From: an uncultured bacterium
GTDB taxonomy: Bacteria; Fidelibacterota; UBA2242; JAFGTP01
Assembly: GCA_964472715.1 (NCBI GenBank)
Contig: CAYYMT010000001.1
Location: 13,321-77,320 of the forward strand
DNA length: 64,000 nucleotides
Reading direction: 5' to 3'
Positions 57,592 through 64,000 of this stretch are shown here, in pieces. The number at the start of each line of letters is the position of its first letter. Position 1 is the stretch's first letter. The notes under the pieces were generated by a model. The model saw nothing but the letters and a program-made list of their open reading frames with translations. It was not told the origin of the DNA and made no database searches. The position numbers and the translations under genes are program-made.

Positions 57592-58083
57592 CTATATCTT
57601 CAAGGTATCCTGGGCCATTTTTTTCCCAGCGTTCATTACGTTAATATTGGCTTCATAAGCCCGGCTGGCCGCCATCAGATCCACCATTTCTTCTACCATA
57701 TTTATTTTTGGCATTCTGACATACCCATTTTCATCGGCTCTTGGATGGGCCGGATTATAAACAAGTTTTTCGTCGGCTATTTCCATAACTTCCAATATAT
57801 CTTTGGATTTTCTTTTCTCGATTTCATCACTATCGGAAAAAGTGGACCGATGGCGGTTTTCATTTCCCTTTAATTGCAGATTCATCTGTGATTCGAAATC
57901 CAGGTCGCGATTCGCTTTGGCATATTTGGACAAAACAACTTTTTTGTTGTAAACCCGACCGTTTTCATCGGGAGCGCGTTCGGCATTGGCAACATTCTCG
58001 GAAATTGTTTCCAATTTTTTCATCTCCGTGCGAAGTCCCCGCAATGTTGTCTGAAATGCTGAAAATATTCCTTCTACTGCCAT
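57592..58083 (-). CDS. flgC: Flagellar basal-body rod protein FlgC
   Basis: ISENVANAERAPDENGRVYNKKVV, with the C-terminal AYEANINVMNAGKKMAQDTLKI. 163 aa. Follows flgB. Confidence 0.85.
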   Translation of the reverse strand: MAVEGIFSAFQTTLRGLRTEMKKLETISENVANAERAPDENGRVYNKKVVLSKYAKANRDLDFESQMNLQLKGNENRHRSTFSDSDEIEKRKSKDILEVMEIADEKLVYNPAHPRADENGYVRMPKINMVEEMVDLMAASRAYEANINVMNAGKKMAQDTLKI

Positions 58084-58084
58084 T

Positions 58085-58462
58085 TTACATCCGTCCTTTT
58101 ATACTGAGTTCCATTTTTTTAAACCATCTTGACAATCGCTTTGTGGCAAATTCATTACGGATTTGGTTTTCCGCCAGGTCCGCCATTTCTTTGGTTACCT
58201 CAACTTTCTCTTTTCCCCGGTCTTCCGGAAATAAAGTTGCCTGATAATGGGGAGAGGTAATATGCTTTGTATTGGATTTTTTCAGTGCTGAATTTTCCTG
58301 AGCGATTTTCAATTCTTCAGAAAAATCGGTTTTGGTCCTTCTGTAATAGGGATCATTGACATTGGCAATATTCCTGGAGATTGCCTGATGTTGCTTATTA
58401 TAAACGTCAACTGCATTTTTGACTAGTTTTTTTTGATTTGTTCCAAATATATCAAATTCCAT
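58085..58462 (-). CDS. flgB: Flagellar basal-body rod protein FlgB
   Basis: AISRNIANVNDPYYRR rod N-terminal motif. 125 aa. First gene of the flgB-to-fliJ block. Confidence 0.8.
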   Translation of the reverse strand: MEFDIFGTNQKKLVKNAVDVYNKQHQAISRNIANVNDPYYRRTKTDFSEELKIAQENSALKKSNTKHITSPHYQATLFPEDRGKEKVEVTKEMADLAENQIRNEFATKRLSRWFKKMELSIKGRM

Positions 58463-58949
58463 AGCACTTCTCTTTTTTTATTGGCTTTGAAAATGTCAAG
58501 AGCTATGCCAAAAAAAATTATCTCAATATATAAAAAATATACAAAATGAGATAATCCTCTAGTATACATTCAGATAGAATAAATTATCAGGGATTATTTT
58601 TTTACCGGGAAAGACTACGGCAATATAAAATATAGAATAAATTCGCTGGAATTTTTTTCCAATTCAAATCAAAAACCGTATTTTTTACTGCCGGACACGC
58701 ACTTTCCATTATCGGTTATTGAATAAATTTCTTTAATATTTTATTGTGACTTTATTGTTTTTTATCAAAAAATGAGATTTTTTATTGTAATGTTAACTTT
58801 TTACCCGCTTTTATGAAAAATATTCCTGTTTACTGGAAAAATATTATGTCTCAATCTTACGTTTATTAAGTTTTCAACCTGCCAGACTACTTTTTTTTTA
58901 AAATCTATTGTATTAAATTGACCGGTCAAAAATTAAATTATGAAGGAGA

Positions 58950-61052
58950 ATGAGAATGAAGAATTTACCAATTTTATTGCTGTTAATCGTATTGGTAGCA
59001 ATATCCTGTACCAGGGAAACAAATCCCTTTTTCAGGGAATGGGATACCCCTTTTGGAATCCCCCCTTTTGAAGATATTGAAATTGCCCATTACATGCCCG
59101 CTTTTGAAGAAGGGATCAAGCAGGAAAAAGCAGAAATCAAAGCCATTGTCAATAACCAGGAAGCGCCTACTTTTGACAACACTATTGTGGAACTTGAAAA
59201 GACCGGCCAGTTGCTGGACAAAGTTTCCGGTGTTTTTTATAATTTAAAGTCGGCCCATACCAATGATGCCATGAATGACCTGGCTAAAGAACTGGCGCCC
59301 ATGTTATCCAATCATAATGACGAAATCGCGCTGAATGATAAACTTTTTCAACGGATAAAAACCGTTTATGACAACCAGGACCAGGAAGACCTGACTGCTG
59401 AGGAAAAAACAGTTCTTGAAAAATATTACAAAGATTTCGTTCGCGCCGGCGCTCTGCTTTCCGAAAAAAATAAAGAACGGATCAAAGAAATCAACAGTCA
59501 ATTAAGTTCATTAACACTCGAATTCGGGGACAATGTACTCAAGGAAGTTAATAATTTCGAACTGGTGATCCGGGATGAAAAAGACCTGGCCGGTTTACCG
59601 GAAAATGTCCGTACCCTTGGACGTGAAAATGCTGAAGAAAAAGGATATGAAGATGTCTGGGTTTACACTATTCAGCGAACCAGCCTCTACCCTTTCCTGA
59701 CCTATTCCGAACGACGTGACCTGCGTGAAAAATTATTCAAAGGGTATATCAATAAAGGTGACAACAACAACGAATATGACAACAAGGAAAACATCAAAAA
59801 AATCCTTAAACTGCGTCTGGAAAAAGCAAATATGCTGGGTTATGATACCCATGCCGATTATGTGCTGGAAAAAACCATGGCCAAAACGCCGGAACGTGTC
59901 AATGACCTGCTGATGAAAATCTGGGACCCGGCCCTTGAAAAAGCAAAAGTAGAAGCTTATGACCTGCAAAAAATGATCGATGCCGAAGGTAAAGATTTTG
60001 ATCTGAAACCCTGGGACTGGTGGTATTACGCGGAAAAACTGAAAAAAGAAAGATACGGACTGGAAGAAAGTATGCTGACACCTTATTTCCAGATGGAAAA
60101 TGTCCGACAGGGAGCTTTTGACCTGGCCACAAAACTCTGGGGAATAAAATTCAAAAAAATCGAAGATGTTGTCCTCTATCATGAAGATGTCGAAGCCTTT
60201 GAAGTGATTGACAAGGACGGCAGCCATATTGGTGTTTTTATGACCGATTATTATCCCCGCGCCAGTAAACGTGGCGGCGCCTGGATGAACAGCTGGCGAA
60301 AACAGCATAACATTGATGGCAATTCGGTAAGACCGATCGTATATAATGTAGGTAACTTTGCGAAACCCAGTGGTGATGATCCGTCATTATTAAGTTTTGA
60401 CCAGGTGATGACGCTTTTTCATGAATTTGGCCACGGGTTGCACGGATTATTAACAGATTGTCATTATCCACGTGTATCAGGTACAAGTGTACCCCGAGAT
60501 TTTGTGGAACTCCCGTCACAGATTATGGAAAACTGGGCCGGCGATCCGGAATACATCAAAGAATATGCAAAACACTATAAAACCGGCGAACCGATTCCCG
60601 ATGAATTGATTGAAAAAATCAAAGAAGTCGGTACCTTTAACCAGGGATTTGCAACCGTCGAATACACAGCCGCCGCCCTGTTGGATATGGCTTATCATAC
60701 AAAAACCGACTATACCGCTCTGGATGTCAATGAATTTGAAAATAAAACACTGGATGAACTGGGACTGATCCCGGAAATCGTGGTCCGCTACAGAAGCACT
60801 TATTTCAACCACATTTTTGCCGGTGGTTATTCTTCCGGATATTATTCATACATCTGGGCCGGTGTTTTGGATACCGATGGCTATCAGGCCTTTAAAGAGA
60901 CCGGTAATATCTTTGACCAGGAAACAGCCCGCAGTTACCGGGAAAATATCCTTGAAAAAGGCGGATCCGAAGATGCAATGGAAATGTATATTAAATTCCG
61001 CGGCAGAGAACCAAAACCCGACGCTTTACTGGAAAAACGCGGATTAAAATAA
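58950..61052 (+). CDS. dcp: M3-family zinc metallopeptidase (peptidyl-dipeptidase Dcp / oligopeptidase A-like) lipoprotein
   Basis: LFHEFGHGLHGLL contains the HEXXH zinc motif in M3 context. 700 aa. Signal peptide with a lipobox AISC. Confidence 0.8.
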   Translation: MRMKNLPILLLLIVLVAISCTRETNPFFREWDTPFGIPPFEDIEIAHYMPAFEEGIKQEKAEIKAIVNNQEAPTFDNTIVELEKTGQLLDKVSGVFYNLKSAHTNDAMNDLAKELAPMLSNHNDEIALNDKLFQRIKTVYDNQDQEDLTAEEKTVLEKYYKDFVRAGALLSEKNKERIKEINSQLSSLTLEFGDNVLKEVNNFELVIRDEKDLAGLPENVRTLGRENAEEKGYEDVWVYTIQRTSLYPFLTYSERRDLREKLFKGYINKGDNNNEYDNKENIKKILKLRLEKANMLGYDTHADYVLEKTMAKTPERVNDLLMKIWDPALEKAKVEAYDLQKMIDAEGKDFDLKPWDWWYYAEKLKKERYGLEESMLTPYFQMENVRQGAFDLATKLWGIKFKKIEDVVLYHEDVEAFEVIDKDGSHIGVFMTDYYPRASKRGGAWMNSWRKQHNIDGNSVRPIVYNVGNFAKPSGDDPSLLSFDQVMTLFHEFGHGLHGLLTDCHYPRVSGTSVPRDFVELPSQIMENWAGDPEYIKEYAKHYKTGEPIPDELIEKIKEVGTFNQGFATVEYTAAALLDMAYHTKTDYTALDVNEFENKTLDELGLIPEIVVRYRSTYFNHIFAGGYSSGYYSYIWAGVLDTDGYQAFKETGNIFDQETARSYRENILEKGGSEDAMEMYIKFRGREPKPDALLEKRGLK

Positions 61053-61073
61053 TAAAAATATATTTATAAAAAT

Positions 61074-61110
61074 AAAAGGGCTGTTCATAAAACAGCCCTT
61101 TTATTTTTTA
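61074..61110 (+). terminator. Bidirectional rho-independent terminator
   Basis: 10-bp stem aagggctgtt / aacagccctt with a 5-nt loop, followed by ttattttttatttt. An A-rich run upstream lets it serve the minus-strand kinase gene too. Confidence 0.65.
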
Positions 61111-61135
61111 TTTTCCACTAGGAAAAAAATCGTTA

Positions 61136-62242
61136 TTATTTACCGATCTGTTGCAGCGCAAAGGCATAAGCGCCGATGCTGATGGCTTCCGATGTACCAA
61201 TTTTTGAAACGCCGACACCAATTCGCATCATCGGATCATAAGTGATTTTTTTATGGGAAAATGGCACGGCTATCTCTTTTTTCTCCCCTTTTAAGAAGGA
61301 TTGTAATTCTTCAGGGTCATCGGTGTTAAAAGCTTTTACCGCCATACGCGGAAAACTGCTTCCGTCAAAATCCTGAAAATTGCTGTTCATTTCTTTAATC
61401 ACATCCGGCATAAAAATATCCCTGGCCCCGGAAAGTCCACCGCCAAATACAACCAGTCCGTCAATCAATGTGGCAACATTAGCCGCCGCGTCACCGATGG
61501 CTTCCGCCATATGTTGAAAGGCGCGGACAGCAGCTGCTTGGTTGCCGGATTGTTTTCTTGTGGCTATTTCATAAATATCTTTGGGTTGCGGCACCTCATT
61601 CATATCCAATTCCGCATTTTTTGCATATTCCCGTCTGATTGCCCGAATTGAAGCAGAGGCCTCGGCATTAATATTTTTGAAAAACTTATTTCTCAGCAAC
61701 CAGACTTCACCGGCATTGGAATTGTCACCAATGATCAACTGGTTGTTGATCACAATTCCGGCTCCAAAACCGGTACCTAGGGTAAACCCGACCAAATTTT
61801 TAAACCGGCGCGGACTGCGGCTATCAGCCAGTTTTTGATTGATTTCCGGTAAATAGCCGGCAATGGCTTCGCCGTATGCATAAAGATTGCCGTCATTATT
61901 AATATAAACCGGAATATTGAACTTTTCTTCCAGCATCGGGCCCAGTGCCACTCCGCCTTTAAATGCCGGTAAATTAGCAAGCTCTGCAATAATGCCGGTT
62001 TTGTAGTCTGCCGGTCCCGGAAAGGCAAAACTGATAGCCACCGGTTTCGCTTTGCCCAATTGTTTCTTTACATCATTAAAACCCTTGATAATATTTTTCA
62101 GGCAAGGTTCCAGTTCGTCAGCCATGGCGGGAGTTCTGATGGGTTCAATGATCATTTTATTGCGCTGCATGGCGGAAAACACAAAATTTGTTCCTCCGGC
62201 ATCCAGTGTCATAACAATTCTATCGTCATTTTCAAAATTCAT
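61136..62242 (-). CDS. ROK-family-like sugar kinase (glucokinase / N-acetylglucosamine kinase-like)
   Basis: VMTLDAGGTNFVFSAM is a phosphate-1 motif. FTLGTGFGAGIVINNQLIIGDNSNAGEVW fits a ROK-like glycine-rich pattern. 368 aa. Confidence 0.55.
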   Translation of the reverse strand: MNFENDDRIVMTLDAGGTNFVFSAMQRNKMIIEPIRTPAMADELEPCLKNIIKGFNDVKKQLGKAKPVAISFAFPGPADYKTGIIAELANLPAFKGGVALGPMLEEKFNIPVYINNDGNLYAYGEAIAGYLPEINQKLADSRSPRRFKNLVGFTLGTGFGAGIVINNQLIIGDNSNAGEVWLLRNKFFKNINAEASASIRAIRREYAKNAELDMNEVPQPKDIYEIATRKQSGNQAAAVRAFQHMAEAIGDAAANVATLIDGLVVFGGGLSGARDIFMPDVIKEMNSNFQDFDGSSFPRMAVKAFNTDDPEELQSFLKGEKKEIAVPFSHKKITYDPMMRIGVGVSKIGTSEAISIGAYAFALQQIGK

Positions 62243-63396
62243 GATATATTCTTTTCACTGCTAAAGTTTTTGAAAGAGAGCAATGCGATGTAAACCAGCG
62301 CCGCCAGGGGTACCAGAAAACCAATGGAAATAGTGGTCAAATCCTGCAGAAATCCCATTAATAAAGGCACAAAAGCACCGCCCACAATAGCGGTCACCAT
62401 TAATCCGGATAGCTCATTGGTCTTTTCCGGAAGACGTTCAATTGTAATGGAAAAGATTAAAGGAAAAATATTGGCAAATCCCAGCCCGATAATGATAACA
62501 CTTAAGATTGCGATACCCTGGTTGCCCAGAAACAGCCCGAGTATTCCGAAAATTGACAGCAAACTGGTGATCATAAAAAACTTCTCAGGCTTTAGCCAGT
62601 TCAGGATCATGCCGCCCAGGAAACGGCCAATCATCAAAGTCGTGAAAAACAGACCAGTGCCAAGCACACCAAATTTCACAATATCAATGCCAAAATTATA
62701 TTCCAGATACAGCGGAATGCCGGAACTCATACATACTTCAGCGCCGACATAGAGGAAAATTCCGGCCACCATCATCAGAACATATTTATCGGAAAGAAGG
62801 AGTAAACTGGATTTCAGAGTTGTCGGTTCACGATGGGCTTCTTTTTCTTCCTCAATATTGGTAACAGCCAGCATTAACAGGGTCACCAGCAATCCCACAC
62901 TGAAGACAGGAAAAATAACTTTCCAGTCAGCGCCAAACCAGGCTGCAGCCAAAGGCGGAATAACCGGGCCGGCCAGAGAACCAATGGCTTTCACAAATTG
63001 CCCGATGGAAAGATTTCTGGAATATTTACCTTCCCGGGATACATCGCGCATAATCGGATTGCCGGCAACCTGCAATATAGTCGCCCCTCCCCCAAGCATT
63101 AAAATTGTCAGTAGAAAAAGGGGAAAAGTATTCAAGTTGAATAAAGGCAAAATCATACCCGCCAGCGCGATCAGCAGGCCCAGCATCAGGGTGAATTTTT
63201 TTCCTTTCCGATCCTGAAAAATTCCCATCGGCACTGAGAGTAAACCAAACATAATAAACCCCATGAATGGAATGACCATAGCCATAAAATTACTCAGATT
63301 GAATTCTGTTTTTGCTAATCCCACAAAGGGACCCACCGCATCACCAAAGCCCATACATAGAAAGGCCAATAAAATCGGCACAACTTTTTTATTCAT
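62239..63396 (-). CDS. MFS transporter, FucP / glucose-galactose (GluP) family
   Basis: 12-TM layout with typical loops. The N-terminal half (GFGDAVGPFVGLAK...FMAMVIPFMGFIMFGLLSVPMG) is characteristic of the FucP/GluP subfamily. It overlaps the kinase gene by 4 nt. Confidence 0.65.
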   Translation of the reverse strand: MNKKVVPILLAFLCMGFGDAVGPFVGLAKTEFNLSNFMAMVIPFMGFIMFGLLSVPMGIFQDRKGKKFTLMLGLLIALAGMILPLFNLNTFPLFLLTILMLGGGATILQVAGNPIMRDVSREGKYSRNLSIGQFVKAIGSLAGPVIPPLAAAWFGADWKVIFPVFSVGLLVTLLMLAVTNIEEEKEAHREPTTLKSSLLLLSDKYVLMMVAGIFLYVGAEVCMSSGIPLYLEYNFGIDIVKFGVLGTGLFFTTLMIGRFLGGMILNWLKPEKFFMITSLLSIFGILGLFLGNQGIAILSVIIIGLGFANIFPLIFSITIERLPEKTNELSGLMVTAIVGGAFVPLLMGFLQDLTTISIGFLVPLAALVYIALLSFKNFSSEKNIS

Positions 63397-63906
63397 TCAA
63401 TTCTCCTTTTTTAGCGATTAATTTTGCACTAATTTATATTTTTATGAATAGTTCCATAACGTTACGCACTGTTATATGAAATATAAAGACTAAGTGTCAA
63501 CTTATGCAAAGATTTTCTTTTATAATCTGGTTCCCAAAACAATTATTATTTTACAATAAATGGAAATTTTTTCCTCATAATTAATAAACAATTTAATTTA
63601 AAGGAAAATAATCCGGGTTTCTTTCCGGGATAATAGCAAATATTTTATGTACTTTGTTATTATTGAAAAGATAATACAAAAACCCGTTATTTTATGTCAT
63701 TTTTCTGAGGGAACAATTAGATTACAGAGGATCAATTATTTCGCAAAGCTGATAAATTTTCAGGTGCGCAGCAAAAAACATTTAACATCTGTTATCAATT
63801 GGCAGGCTTTATGATAGTAGAAAAATTCTGACATATAGTTAATTAATTTTAAAGTTTGCGACCTATAATATTTATTAAGTATTGACTATAAGAATCTTGA
63901 GGGTAT

Positions 63907-64000
63907 GAATAAAAAAGTTAAAATCAAAAATAGTATAGTTAATAATTTGATCCTGTGGCTGACCATCACAGTTGCAATATTGATGATTCTCATCAATTTT
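63907..64000 (+). CDS. 5' end of a membrane-protein ORF that continues beyond the window
   Basis: The ATG at 63907 opens a frame reading MNKKVKIKNSIVNNLILWLTITVAILMILINF, with a hydrophobic helix. The window ends before any stop. Confidence 0.25.

Noticed and set aside
63397-63906. An AT-rich 500-bp intergenic region with a weak hairpin near 63611-63633.
   Set aside because: The stem has a mismatch and is only 4-6 bp. There is no flanking T-run and no repeat structure. It is probably just a promoter/UTR region for the divergent MFS gene and the partial ORF.
1-64000. I searched for mobile elements and defence systems (transposase, integrase, restriction-modification, toxin-antitoxin, Cas, abortive-infection motifs).
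   Set aside because: No DDE or tyrosine-recombinase motifs, no methyltransferase motifs, and no ATPase plus nuclease pairs characteristic of defence islands were seen. All large ORFs are accounted for by metabolic, glycosylation or flagellar functions.

Overview
This 64-kb window comes from a low-GC, flagellated, diderm bacterium. FlgH, FlgI and FlgA are present, so it has L and P rings. Coding density is high and most genes lie on the minus strand.

Layout from 5' to 3':
(1) Two overlapping family-1 glycosyltransferases, a ThiI-like PP-loop enzyme, and an unusual tri-domain acyl-activating enzyme (AMP-binding, ACP, then lysophospholipid acyltransferase).
(2) A possible porin-cytochrome module: an outer-membrane beta-barrel carrying an N-terminal CXXCH, next to a secreted pentaheme cytochrome c. 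It is divergently paired with system-II cytochrome c biogenesis genes (ResB-like plus CcsA).
(3) uvrC, followed by a 1.2-kb ORF-free AT-rich tract. The tract holds a strong extended -10 promoter and a perfect 22-bp palindrome.
(4) A metabolic and carbohydrate stretch: DoxX, GH2, glycerate kinase, two SDRs, a cNMP-binding protein, an AGCS transporter, an IMPase, a lone receiver domain, GH97, GGT, an RNase HII-YraN fusion and MurI.
(5) A ~14-kb glycosylation block on the minus strand (29.0-43.1 kb). Its genes are a TPR-GT2, a sulfotransferase, a GT4, an AsnB-like amidotransferase, a CapK/PaaK-like adenylating enzyme, a 1299-aa protein with GT-C-like membrane, TPR, GT4 and TPR regions, a GT2-TPR, and a MORN/YwqK protein. 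The block sits 9 bp downstream of csrA-fliW, in the slot where flagellin normally lies.
(6) A ~15-kb flagellar region. One apparent polycistron runs from flgF to csrA. It is preceded by a sigma54-type -24/-12 element and tandem ~26-bp direct repeats.
(7) An M3 peptidase and a sugar kinase-MFS pair.

I found no tRNA or rRNA genes, no CRISPR array, and no recognisable transposase or integrase. The most interesting candidates are the flagellum-linked glycosylation island (which includes the sulfotransferase and the giant multi-domain glycosyltransferase) and the compact porin-cytochrome module. Every functional call is motif recognition done by eye; nothing was confirmed against a database.
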